A DNA stretch of 63,868 bases, filler included, from Octopus bimaculoides (GCF_001194135.2; 6 parts of 6 records of this genome joined end to end with filler, not necessarily neighbours in it); one strand, 5' to 3'. Positions 12,675 through 23,950 are shown, counted from the whole stretch's first letter. Numbers and translations: made by a program. Notes: generated by a model from the letters alone, not told the origin.

Positions 12675-13215
12675 CATTCATCCAGGATCATTGTGAAATG
12701 ACTGAAGAGCAGGTTGGAGGAAAGAAAGAAGTCTGGGACAATAGCAAACAACACCTCATCAATAAAACTGTCCTTAAAGCGAAACATCACAACTGAAATC
12801 GACTGACTGCATGGCTATAAGAAGGCATTTGACCTTGTCCCTCACTTACAGATAATAGAGTCAATACGCCTTATTAAGGTTCCAACTGCTAGAATCAATA
12901 CCATCGAGAGACTAACAACGTGGTCCACAGAGCTTTTGTTACGAACTAAAGCTAGTACGACAGTCAGAAATAGAATTAGGTTGTCGACAGGGATATTTCA
13001 GTAACAGCTTATCTGAAATACTTTTCGTCCTGGCAGTGATCCTCTTGCTCCTCTGTTTAGGAAATGCAAAGAGTACATGATAGGGACTGCACATAAAAGA
13101 AAGATTAATTTCAGTCACCCTTTTTCTCAGTTCTATATTTAAGAGATGAGGAATTATGTACATTATTTACATTATTTACATTTGACGGATATTTGTCCTC
13201 ATCTTGTTTGTTGTT

Positions 13216-13262
13216 AACACAACGGTTTCGGCTGATATATCCTCCAGCCTTCATCAGGTTTC
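13216..13262 (-). ncRNA. Minimal type I hammerhead ribozyme motif, family A, slightly mutated
   Basis: Minus strand: GAAAC-CTGATGA-A-GGCTG-gaggatatat-CAGCC-GAAAC-C-GTT-GTGTT. There is one stem I mismatch and one extra C in stem III. Confidence 0.6.
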
Positions 13263-13315
13263 TTGGGGAAATTTCGAACCTTAGGAATGAGAACCCAGGT
13301 TCAAAATTTCCCCAA

Positions 13316-13361
13316 GACACCTGATGAAGGCTGGAGGGTATATCAGCCGAAACGTTGTGTT
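13316..13361 (+). ncRNA. Minimal type I hammerhead ribozyme motif, family A
   Basis: Stem I GACAC (13316-20)/GTGTT (13357-61); core CTGATGA 13321-27; stem II GGCTG/CAGCC; GAAAC 13349-53; triplet GTT. Stem III is reduced to the palindrome AACGTT, the dimer-type architecture known from PLE-associated HHRs. Confidence 0.75.
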
Positions 13362-16300
13362 AACAACAAACAAGATGAGGACAAATATCCGTCAAATGTA
13401 AATAATGTACCCTTTTTCTCGTGATGCTCTTAGGTAATATTCATGACACCAAAAAGCAGAATTTGTCACAACATTCTCATGGAGCGCAGAAATGGAGTTT
13501 GGTCAGAACAAGTATTCATATTCAGAAGTCAAACGAAGAAGAATTATCGACCAGAGAAAGAATATGGATATCAATAGCCTGTCTATTTCCCTTATCACCA
13601 GTAATGCATGTTACAAATACCTTGAAACTGACAGGGTGACAAAAAACACTTCAGCCGGCTTCTGATGTCGTGGAAGTCAGAGCTGTTCAATAAGACTATA
13701 TCCTATAATGTTTTTCGCAATACCAGTGCTAGCACCAGCATTTGACGTTTTAGACTGGATACTTAAAGAAAACTGCAGCCTGGATATCAAGACTAGGAAG
13801 ATACTAAGAATGACTGGTAACTTCCACATCAATAGTGACATAGACAGGGTTTATATAAAATGGAAGGACGGAGGTTGAAGAATAAGATCAGTCCAGTCAG
13901 TCTTTGAATGTTGTACTGCGTCACATTGACATCGCCTACTTAATAGCAAAGAGAGAAATGAGTACACCACATGTATATTCAGCAGTGAAAGTATTAATAT
14001 GATATTGAGCGAGGAACTCCTGAACGAGTACTCTCCATGTAAAGCTAGGGTGACGGGACTGACCTACTTATATAGAGACTTAGAAGACGCAAAATAGTCA
14101 TCATACCAGCACAGAAAGTACATTCCTACCTTTGTCGTTACTGCTGCTTCAGCAGCTGTTGTTGTTGTTGTCGTCGTGGTCGTCATCGTTGCTCCTGTTA
14201 TTATTGTTAATGTTGTTATTGTCATCTAAAGAATTTCAGGACTACCATTCTATCTTTCTTGATTTTAACCCAGCAATCACATTATTTTTGTTTAACAACT
14301 TACAATTTTAATTTTTTAATGTTTTTGAAAATATTTAATAAATTAAAGAAATTTTAAGTGATGATTGTATATAGAGTGATACAAAATGAGAATTGTAAGA
14401 AGATTTTCCGTTTTATATTTTTCTTTATGAAAATCATACTTTTAAGTATTTAATCTTATTCGCAAAACCGCTGCGTTTTATTGCCACATCATAATAAGGA
14501 GCAACTGCGTTAAATGAAGACAGGTCTGATGAAAGTGAGCTTATTTTAAAACGAATATTGTATCAAGGTTTCTAACGATTATTTACAATAACAGGCGAAT
14601 GATTAGAAACTACGTTTATGTACTGCAACTTTTATTTGATTTATAAGTTGCTAAATTTAAGGCAGTAACTTCAGGGTATAAAACTCAAATTTTCTTACAT
14701 CACATTACGTGTAAAAACAAGTCCTTCATCTCTATATAACCCAGAATGAAAATTATTGAATTTATCATATAAAAATGTAAAACAAAGACTTTAGCTCACA
14801 AATTTCAGTGGAATCGATTTTATCTTCACATTCAAAAATGTGTCTATATTTTTTTTTATCAATAGAACTTTAATCGAGAAAAGATGTAACGTTCTTCTTA
14901 CATGTATAATTATTTTAATATTCGAATCACCGATATTGATATATAACCCCTGGCGAAAACTAATGCTTTTTAAGCAACCATTTTTTTTATCAGAGGGGAT
15001 AATTCGTTAATCTTTAACGAAGTGAATTTTTTAAAATTTCTATTGCTAATACTACTAACCTAATGAATAATAGCAATTGTTTGTTTAATTTAAGGAAGAT
15101 CGTATCTAAAATGTTTTTCTTTACTTTATGTAACTTACTTTCGATCAACTCTGTTAACCTATAAGATAAATAACCAATACATTTTGTTTATGGTCCTTAA
15201 GTGTGACATGGATATGTATGTGTGCATGCATGTATGTATGTATGTATGTATGTATGTATGTATGTATGTATGTATGCAAGCAAGTACGTATGCATGCATG
15301 TATGTGTATATGTATGTCTTTCGAAGAGAAAAAAAGAAACGTACCTGCTTAAATGCATTACAATATCTACAAGTTTTTAAAATTTTAAATTTATGGGACT
15401 ATGAATTTCATCTGCAGACATTACAAAGACGTAATCGTTTGTGTCCATTCAGTCATTTTACATGTCCGTTTCCTCAATATACAACTTGGGCATTACATCT
15501 CGATAGAAGCAGTCGATTCTTCAAACACTTTACTATGTTGTCTTCACACACACCTTGGTCATTATGACTCGTCATCACCTCGACCGATGTTATTAGCATA
15601 ATGTTTGCTGTTTCATCGTATTTTGTCTGCTGTTCTCACACACAGATAAACTACATAAACAACTAACTTGTAGAAAGTGTTTGACATGCAGAAGACTAGC
15701 AACTTCTATTAAGTCGAAGATTAAGAAATGTACGACAGCATGACAAATTAGGAAGACTCTGTTTTCATTGATATTACTTGTTCCATTACAATATTAGTTA
15801 CATTACACTGTTACAAGTTACACTACAGTGTGTCTTGTTACACTACACTATTGCCAATTACAAGACGCAGTACTTGCTGAGGAGCGAATAATATGTAGAA
15901 TAAAATGTAGAAAAAAAAACCTATTTTAAAAATAGACAAAAGTTAATTGCAACCCTAGTGATTGAATTGTTTGCCAAGCCTATCATGCCTACCTTTGTTG
16001 TAGTTTCTGTTATCGGATAAAATAAATATCTCGTACAACTGATTACTTCAAGTGGAGTGAAACTCATCGCACTTTAAAATCATTAAATCACTATATCAGA
16101 TTGCTTTATGAGCGTTTTTACAATAGATACACGATGTATACCTGGCTGTCACATTCTGTTGTCAATCAATTCTTATAACATAAAATTCATTGCATCAATG
16201 TCGTGTCTCAATGCTAAACTTATCAAGGCTCTTATCCTCGTGGTTGTATTGTTTTGTTAACAATGTGAGATGTGGACAGTTTTTTAAAGTATTAAATAAG

Positions 16301-16426
16301 CAAAGAGGTTCGATGCTTATTTTGCAAGATAAAATCTACTCAGTTCAATAACCACTTTGATTTTACCATGTCTCATTGACATTCATCGATTATATTGAAA
16401 TGTATTTCTATATATTTTAGCCATTA

Positions 16427-16580
16427 GGCGCAGGCATGACTGTGTGATAAGAAGCTTGCTTCCTAACCACAGGGTTCCGGGTTCGGTCCCACTGTGTGGT
16501 ACCTTGGGCAAGTGCCTTCTACCATAGCCTCGGGTCGTCTAAGTGGATTTGGTAGACGGAAACTGAAAGAAGCTCGTTGT
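16427..16580 (+). mobile_element. tRNA-derived SINE 5' half (family GGCGCAGGAGTGGCTGTGTGG...CACCTTGGGCAAGTG...GAAACTGAAAGAAGC)
   Basis: A- and B-box-like head, CORE-like ACCTTGGGCAAGT segment, then (GT)n; colinear with 19058-19220. Confidence 0.8.
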
Positions 16581-16642
<62 letters not shown>

Positions 16643-17218
16643 NNNNNNNNNNNNNNNNNNNNNNNNNNNNNNNNNNNNNNNNNNNNNNNNNNNNNNNNNN
16701 NNNNNNNNNNNNNNNNNNNNNNNNNNNNNNNNNNNNNNNNNNNNNNNNNNNNNNNNNNNNNNNNNNNNNNNNNNNNNNNNNNNNNNNNNNNNNNNNNNNN
16801 NNNNNNNNNNNNNNNNNNNNNNNNNNNNNNNNNNNNNNNNNNNNNNNNNNNNNNNNNNNNNNNNNNNNNNNNNNNNNNNNNNNNNNNNNNNNNNNNNNNN
16901 NNNNNNNNNNNNNNNNNNNNNNNNNNNNNNNNNNNNNNNNNNNNNNNNNNNNNNNNNNNNNNNNNNNNNNNNNNNNNNNNNNNNNNNNNNNNNNNNNNNN
17001 NNNNNNNNNNNNNNNNNNNNNNNNNNNNNNNNNNNNNNNNNNNNNNNNNNNNNNNNNNNNNNNNNNNNNNNNNNNNNNNNNNNNNNNNNNNNNNNNNNNN
17101 NNNNNNNNNNNNNNNNNNNNNNNNNNNNNNNNNNNNNNNNNNNNNNNNNNNNNNNNNNNNNNNNNNNNNNNNNNNNNNNNNNNNTCTCTCTCTCTCCCTC
17201 TCTCTCACACCCTCTCTC

Positions 17219-17304
<86 letters not shown>

Positions 17305-19057
17305 ATCGACTATTATCAAACCTTCCACGTAAAAAGAGTAATGAATTGTTTTTACCTTGCAGACATTGAATATTTCAAGTTGAAATTGACCGTCACACCT
17401 GGTACTTCAGTTTGTCTGCACAGCTACTTTATTAATGTTGAATGATAGACAACTCGAAGTGTTTAATAGAAAGATAAAACAGTCATCTATTCAGTAACAA
17501 TGGCGTTGAAGATTCCAAAACATTGCTTCAGTGAGAAGACTATACAGTAGTGGTAATCTTCCGTCAAGAGGAGCCTGTCATACAGGCTCCTTATTTTCGT
17601 CCATCCATTTTACTTTACTTCCACTGCAAACAGATTCGGTTCTGCAAGGCAGATTTCATTTTCTGCATACTGCGTGAAAACGAAGCCGTTGTTGATGGGG
17701 ATTTTTCAACCACTCATTAAAATTACCAAATATTGCTTCCAGGCTGTCTGACTCTATGAATTCAAATCGTGTATGATTATGCAAGAGCAGGCAATTCTTG
17801 GCATAAAAATATCTAAACATTTTTGCTTTCTAATCTCTGTTCTTCTTTACAAATAGCTATCTCCCTTCTGGGAAAAATTACATGTAAATGTTTTATATAC
17901 ATCTAGTTAAGCGTTCTGACTATCTGAAAAGTAGGGGATGGGACCGCATCTTATGGGATGCTGCGTCTGAATGAATGAGAAGGCAATGCCTCTATTTAGA
18001 AGGATCTGTTTAGTTAATCTCACAATGTGACCCTGCTCGGCAGATAAAAAGGTTAATAAAAAAAACATTGGAACGAACTGGAAAGAAGGCGATGAAGGAG
18101 AAAACAATTTAGATTTATTGTACATCTGTACAGAATGCATTCATCACTTGCCCTTGTTAAAAAAAAAATGATTTTCCTTTATAGTTCTTTTCTTTACTTT
18201 TTCCTTTTTGCCAGAAGCAACGATGCAGCTATGTTTGCTTTTATTATTTTTTCAATAATAAAGGAGGATTTTGTGGTGTAGATGACGAATAAATTGAAGT
18301 TCCACACATTAAGTACTGTCTTATTAAAAACAAAAAAAGGCATCCCGAGTAATCGCCGGCGGCTAGTTACGTATTTTTGTAACCTACTTCCTGGCAGCTT
18401 TCATTTTCTGAAAGAAAATTCGTGTTGCACTGAGGCCATTCATATATAAGACGTCTGTCTTTGTGGTTGTTGAATGAATGGCCTACATCAGTTGTACAAC
18501 AGCTTCTTGAAGTAGGCGGGTCTTATTGATGGAGCTCAGCCTCTCCCCTTTGCAACGGAGGAGGCTGACCGCTGGCAACGTGCAGTCAAAGCTTTATCGC
18601 ACATACACGTTCATGCACACTTACATACAACAGAAAACACACACACGCACACGTATACTCACATGAACACGCACAAAGGCACATACGCGCGCATACTAGA
18701 GGAATGAAGAAAACAACAAGGGGAAAAGTAATATACTGTCACCATGTGGAGGAGCTGGTTTCTTGCGCAATCCATAAGTAATTGTATCATTTCTATTAGT
18801 CTGTATCAGAGTTTAATACTACTTTTGATATTAATGTGCGTTTTAAGGGATTTTAAACTAAAAGCCTGTTTTGTAGAATCATCTTTTTGTTTGGATGACT
18901 TTTAAAAACTTCCTTGCACTTTCAGCAAAATATTAAGGAAATTGGAAAATAAGAATTTTATATATCTATACGTGCATACACACACATATATATACCCACC
19001 CACACATACATATATATAAACATGCATACTTGTATATGTATATGTATGCATACATAT

Positions 19058-19229
19058 AGGCGCAGGAGTGGCTGTGTGGTAAGTAGCTTGCTTACCAACC
19101 ACATGGTTCCGGGTTCAGTCCCACTGCGTGGCACCTTGGGCAAGTGTCTTCTACTATAGCCTCGGGCCGACCAAAGCCTTGTGAGTGGATTTGGTAGACG
19201 GAAACTGAAAGAAGCCCGTCGTATATATC

Positions 19230-19261
<32 letters not shown>

Positions 19262-19465
19262 CGTTTGTGTGTCTGTGTTTGTCCTCCTAGCATTGCTTGA
19301 CAACCGATGCTGGTGTGTTTATGTCCCCGTCACTTAGCGGTTCGGCAAAAAGAGACCGATAGAATAAGTACTAGGCTTACAAAGAATAAGTCCCGGGGTC
19401 GATTTGCTCGACTAAAGGCGGTGCTCCAGCATGGCCGCAGTCAAATGACTGAAACAAGTAAAAGT
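19058..19465 (+). mobile_element. Near full-length tRNA-derived SINE with internal microsatellite
   Basis: Head GGCGCAGGAGTGGCTGTGTGGTAAG, B-box-like GGTTCAGTCCC, internal (AT)/(GT) tract, 3' end ...GCAGTCAAATGACTGAAACAAGTAAAAG. Confidence 0.85.
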
Positions 19466-19759
19466 GTAAAAGTGTATATATATATATATATATATATAAC
19501 GCGTTGCCATTGAAACAATTGTTCAACTGCGAGTATCTATTTATAACAAATTTTGCAAAAATATACTTGATACAGTTACAATATTTAAAGAAAGGTTTTT
19601 TTTAAAAGGTGTCAACTACTTTGAAAGTCAGGATACGAAACACTTTTGGAATGAAACTTGAACTTTTCGTATTATGTGTAAGCGCTTTCTTTGCTCAATT
19701 TTTGAGACACAAGTGTTATAGGACAATCTTTATAGAGGAAGTTGTTTTTAGTAACGGAG

Positions 19760-20600
19760 TTGATTGTTTCCGGTTTAGTTTTTATAAAGTTTTCCTCTGT
19801 GGCCTCTCGTAGTTAATCATATTCTTTTATTTTCAAAAAAGAAAAAGACGGAAGAAATATTTTGAATTTTCCATTTGCACAAATGTCTAGATATTCATTT
19901 CATGGAACATTACTAAGAGATGAATTCGTCATTTACCTTTTGTGAACTCTCTCACGGTTAATTCATTTTCCTGTTTGTTCGGTTAGTTCTCAATGCACTG
20001 TGGCTATTTGACACAGTAGATGAGATTTTTTGTTTTGCAATTCATGTTTGCTTTCACCTTCAATTCCTTCCCGTTCTTGAATCATTTGACTGTTCCTGTT
20101 CAATTATTTCACAACGAGAGTCTTCACACAGTTTGTTACCTGCATTATTTCTTTCTCTAGTGTGGATTTCGCTTTGTTACGATCTTTGAGATTCGGTGGT
20201 CGTCTTCGACTATTGATGGTTTGTGACTCGGTATTGGTCTGTCGGGGACTGGATGTTTGATGTAGAATTGGAAGATATCGTTTTACGTTATTATTGTATA
20301 ACATCTAGCAGTAGCCTCCTATCATTTTCATTCCAGAGTCATCGATAGTGAGCTTTCATAGATTTAATGAAATATCCTTTCTTCAGTATCATTAATTGCA
20401 CCAAGATTTTCAGGAAAAATCTAAATGCTAATGTTAGAAATGTACTTTAGAAGACATGAAACAGCACAAATCAGTTTATATCTTTATCAGTTTTTCAATT
20501 CTATTTCGAAATGATGGAGACCTGTTATTTTTTGAGAAGTTAGCACAAATCCACTTGAAGACACCAAGATTTCAGCTCGAAAGTTGTGAGTGTTTCATGA
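19760..20600 (-). pseudogene. Degraded Penelope-like element C-terminus (linker + GIY-YIG endonuclease)
   Basis: Minus strand, frameshifted: YLPILHQ...INSRRRPPNLKD..KAK, then MNCKTKNLIYCVK.PQC, EQTG, RERVHK, NVP..EYLDICANGKFKIF and REATEENFI. This is the PLE CxxC / GIY-YIG layout. Confidence 0.7.
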
Positions 20601-20786
20601 AGAGCTTTACATTTTAATATCCCTTGAATTTGAAAGTCTTAAAAAAAATCCCTTTAATTTTTGTAGTATTTAAATACTTCTAAAGTCAAATGGAATCCGC
20701 TTTAATTTGTTTTTTGGTTTTTTTACAATGACCCTGACACATATCTTCATTAAACAAAGATTAATATGAAAGGATAATAAGAATGT

Positions 20787-21011
20787 AGTGATGGTATATT
20801 GTCAACTTAATGTGACAGTCCCATGAAAGGGAAGAATGCTACTGCTATTTAGCCCTAGGAAACACCGTTTCCTGTTGGACTTGACACATTTCCTGTGTCC
20901 TTATGTTTTCAAAGGGGGAGTTAAGCACCTCCACCCTGCAAAGCCAGCATCCAGAGACTAGTTTCAAAGGCATTGCTCATCATCAGTCTGGAGTAGCATG
21001 GCTTGCTAGCT
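20787..21011 (-). mobile_element. HHR-bearing short repeat, family C (retrozyme/pLTR-like)
   Basis: Reverse complement of 22870-23100 at high identity; contains the HHR at 20950-20992. Confidence 0.8.
20950..20992 (-). ncRNA. Minimal type I hammerhead ribozyme motif, family C
   Basis: Minus strand: TCCAGA-CTGATGA-tgagcaatgccttt-GAAAC-TA-GTC-TCTGGA. Perfect 6-bp stem I, canonical core, GUC triplet and palindromic stem III ACTAGT; stem II is imperfect in this copy. Confidence 0.75.
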
Positions 21012-22673
21012 TGATTCTTTATTACAGGCACAAGGCCTAATTACACAGAGGACATACAAAGACATGCGGGAACATAAAACACATGAAGGGTGAATGTGAA
21101 ATGAATATATTTACAATGCAAATGAACCGGCCATCTCGCTCCTGTTGCAAGATGAAAGCGTGTATTCCTTTACTATTAACTTTTACACACCTTTAGCCTC
21201 GCTCCGAGGTGAAACCGCGACTTTTCTCTTCGCTTTTACCCTACCATCATGAACCTTTTAGACCAATGTTCATACAGACCTTACTTTTTTCGTTTCCTTT
21301 TTTTTTTTTTTCCTAAAAAGTTCAAACAATCATTCTCTCAGTTACAGTCTTTACAAAATTATAATGACTTACCACTTCTATCTCTCACACTCTCTTTCAA
21401 TTTTGCACTCCTTTTAAGTTGGGGTGTCCTATCTCACTATAATTTTTCTTTTCGTTTGTGCATTTCATGTTGTCACTTTTTGTTTCTATTTCCTGCTGTT
21501 TTATGGCGTCTTGTATTTCTGTCTCTAAGTCTGTGTGTTCGTGTATTTGCGTGTCTGTGTGTTCGTTTGACTGCAACTCTACGTGTTTCGTCTGTGTGTC
21601 TATGTCTTTAGGTTTCCGTAATTCTGGGTTGTCTTCTTTCTGGTCTGCATGAGTCTGTCTTTTTAGTTCCTTTGTTGGTACTTCCACAGGTAAATTTTCT
21701 CCGTTTCTCGTCGTGGGTTGAGTTTCTTCTTCCCTTCCTTTACACTTCTTCAATTCCACTGTCGTCGGTGACTTTCTTTTCTCTCTTTTCCTGGGTTTTA
21801 CCTCCGCCAAATTCCCATCATATTCTGTTCTCTGCTTCTGCTTTTTTTTTCACCATTATATCTTCCTGAACACTCTTTTCCACCATTTCTACTGCTGCTC
21901 TAGGGCATTTCCTTCTCAGGTGCCCTCTTTCAACGCATCCGTAACATTTCGTGGGGGGGGGTCTCCCCTCCAACAATACTTCCAATTTTTCACCGTTTGG
22001 TAATTCCACAGTTTTCACAATTTCGTCGTAATATTCTGGGCTTACTGCACAAATTATTTCAGTACCATATCTCCATCAATTCAATTGTTGAGTTCTGCTT
22101 ACTATGCAAATCTCCAGGTTTTCACTTCCCTTCACCAGCTCTGAATTAAACATTGCGACTATTACCTATTCTGGGTCTATCGACAGTGGGATTCTTCCCA
22201 TCCTGACCCTGACGATTCTTTGGCCTAAACAGTTCGGCATCAACGTCCATTTCTCTCCCAGTATCAGTCTGTTGTCGTTCATTTTCGCCTCTTCTTCTGA
22301 TGCAAAGGTTACTGTTATAGTCGCATATTTCCTTCCTCTTGTAAAGAAAGTTATCCCTTCACCCATTCGTTCCTTCAAGATTTCCTCTATCTCTTCCTGC
22401 GACGCGTGTTCTATTCTCCTATTTTCACTCGAAAATGTTCTGAATATCACCGTCCTGCTTTCCATTTTTCTTTTTTCCTCCTCTGGCAGGGTCATTTTAT
22501 GTTTGACCTTTCTTTTTTTTTATCATGCCATAATATTTTGCTATCTTCTCTTCATTCCACTCCATCCTCTTCGGCTTCAGCACACGTGGGTCTATGGCAT
22601 CTCGACCTCCAGTAGCTTCCGCGTAACTCTTCATTTTTTTCTATTATTCACTTCAAAAAAAAACAACAAAAAG
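21012..22673 (-). mobile_element. Non-autonomous Tx1/L1-like LINE: 5' end, ORF1 and 3' end kept, ORF2 almost entirely absent; 16-bp TSD
   Basis: Flanked by GCATGGCTTGCTAGCT (20996-21011) and GCGTGGCTTGGTAGCT (22674-22689). Short T-rich 5' leader, ORF1 with a CCHC knuckle, and a 3' end reading AATAAAAGAATC on the minus strand. No APE or RT motifs seen. Confidence 0.7.
21397..22634 (-). pseudogene. LINE ORF1 (gag-like) pseudogene: RRM-like region, CCHC zinc knuckle, basic/acidic low-complexity tail
   Basis: Starts MKSYAEATGG (ATG 22634). Continues RTVIFRTF...ATITVTFASEEEAK...VRVRMGRIP, two TGG-derived in-frame stops, VELPNGEKLEVLLEGRPPPTK-CYGCVERGHLRRKC (CX2CX4HX4C), then a K/E-rich tail. Joins track ORFs 22166-22495, 21818-22018 and 21397-21810. 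Confidence 0.75.
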
Positions 22674-23155
22674 GCGTGGCTTGGTAGCTGTCGATGCCTA
22701 TTCACCTTTGAAAACCTATTTCAAGTGAAATGCATTCACTGATTTCGAAAATAGAAATAATACATTTCTGAATCTTTCAAAGAGATTTATACAGTAGCAG
22801 CACGATAAAGTGATGGTATGTTGTCAACTTTATGTGACAGTCCCCTGAGAGGGAAGAACAAGCATCGACAGCTAGCAAGCCATGCTACTCCGGACTGATG
22901 AGGAGCACTGACTCTGAAACTAGTCTCTAAATGCTGGCTTTGCTGGGTGGAGGTGGGTGGAGGTGCTTATCTCCAATTTGAAAACATAAGGACAGAAAAT
23001 GTGTCAAGTCCAACAGGAAACAGTGTTTCCTAGGGCTAAATAGCAGTAGCATTCTTCCCTTTCATGGGACTGTCACATTAAGTTGATAACATGCCATCAC
23101 TTTATCGTGCTGCTACTCCATAAATCTCTCTGAGAGATTTAGAAATGTATTATTT
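22674..23155. mobile_element. HHR repeat family C: partial minus-strand unit (22674-22859) joined to a complete plus-strand unit (22860-23155)
   Basis: 22753-22858 is the reverse complement of 23052-23155, and 22674-22698 is the reverse complement of the unit start at 22862-22886. Confidence 0.8.
22889..22931 (+). ncRNA. Minimal type I hammerhead ribozyme motif, family C
   Basis: TCCGGA-CTGATGA (22895-901)-GGAG cactga CTCT-GAAAC-TA-GTC-TCTAAA. Core and stem II are intact; distal stem I is mutated. Confidence 0.7.
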
Positions 23156-23299
23156 CAATAATAAGAATATTTTTATCATATCCAGCAAAGGAACTCATTG
23201 AATGTAAACACTTCATATATGATGAGTCGGTTGGTCTTTCTATTCTGTAATAATTCTTATGGCTGTCCCACAAACATGGAAAGCACCAGTGATTAGTGA

Positions 23300-23950
23300 A
23301 TCCTTTTTACATGCTCATTAGCATAATAATTATTTTAACCCTCTCAGATCTAGGACTCCGTGTCTTAACTCTACATTCCACTTGGCTCCTGAGCAGAAAA
23401 GTAATCCCACAAACAAGTGATTGGTTGGATTAAAAATGGATCGTCCATATTATTTATATAAGCTTGCTCTCATAATTATAATTTCTTTCTACTGGTGCCT
23501 TCGTTGGTGTTTGTGTGTGTTCTTTACCCCGAAGAGGGGGTTATCTCTAGTTTGTGCTCCATTGTGCTCTAAATACGGTGATGTACCCCCGAAATGGCCA
23601 TAGGTGTTTTGTGCTTGTATTCCGACCTATATTTGTAATCCTTTGTAAATGATGTTAAATTATGGATTGACTTTACCGATGTTACCTGCTGGATGTTGGT
23701 TTAATGTATCGACTTGTGTGCCTTGATTTTCTTGGACTTAAATAACATTGATGGTGAAATATGGATTTTACTTTGTTACACATTGGATGTTGTGTTATTA
23801 TGTCGTCCCATGTACTTCGGTATTCCGGTGTATGAATTACGAAATTGGATTTTACCTGCTAAATTTGCTGTCATGAGGGAAGTAATGAACTTTCGTACAA
23901 TTTAAACTTAAACTTCTGTTATTAGCCATTAATCTCAACGAATGAACTAT
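23300..23950 (-). pseudogene. Possible heavily degraded PLE endonuclease remnant
   Basis: Weak frameshifted resemblance on the minus strand to the PLE linker and the NLIYxIxCKGC..YVG..T...RISVH pattern; recognisable only with several indels. Confidence 0.3.

Larger units (their letters stand above)
13117..13420. mobile_element. Fold-back insertion of an HHR-bearing repeat (family A) with a 12-bp TSD
   Basis: ACCCTTTTTCTC at 13117-13128 and 13409-13420 flanks an inverted copy (13129-13281) and a forward copy (13279-13408) of the same repeat seen at 50616-50783. Confidence 0.85.
11590..14100 (+). pseudogene. Degraded non-LTR retrotransposon RT, R4/Dong-like (RLE class), interrupted by two younger insertions
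   Basis: Frameshifted motifs in order: SYRPTTCLN (about 12050), EQVGG...QHLINKTVL (about 12710), GYKKAFDLVPH (about 12815), STGIFQ (about 12990), MEFGQNK (about 13495), LDIKTRKIL...FHINSDIDRVY..KDGG (about 13780-13875). These match R4-clade RT subdomains and the post-RT region. Confidence 0.75.

Noticed and set aside
22104-22742. 212-aa plus-strand ORF
   Set aside because: Antisense shadow of the purine-rich LINE ORF1 on the minus strand.
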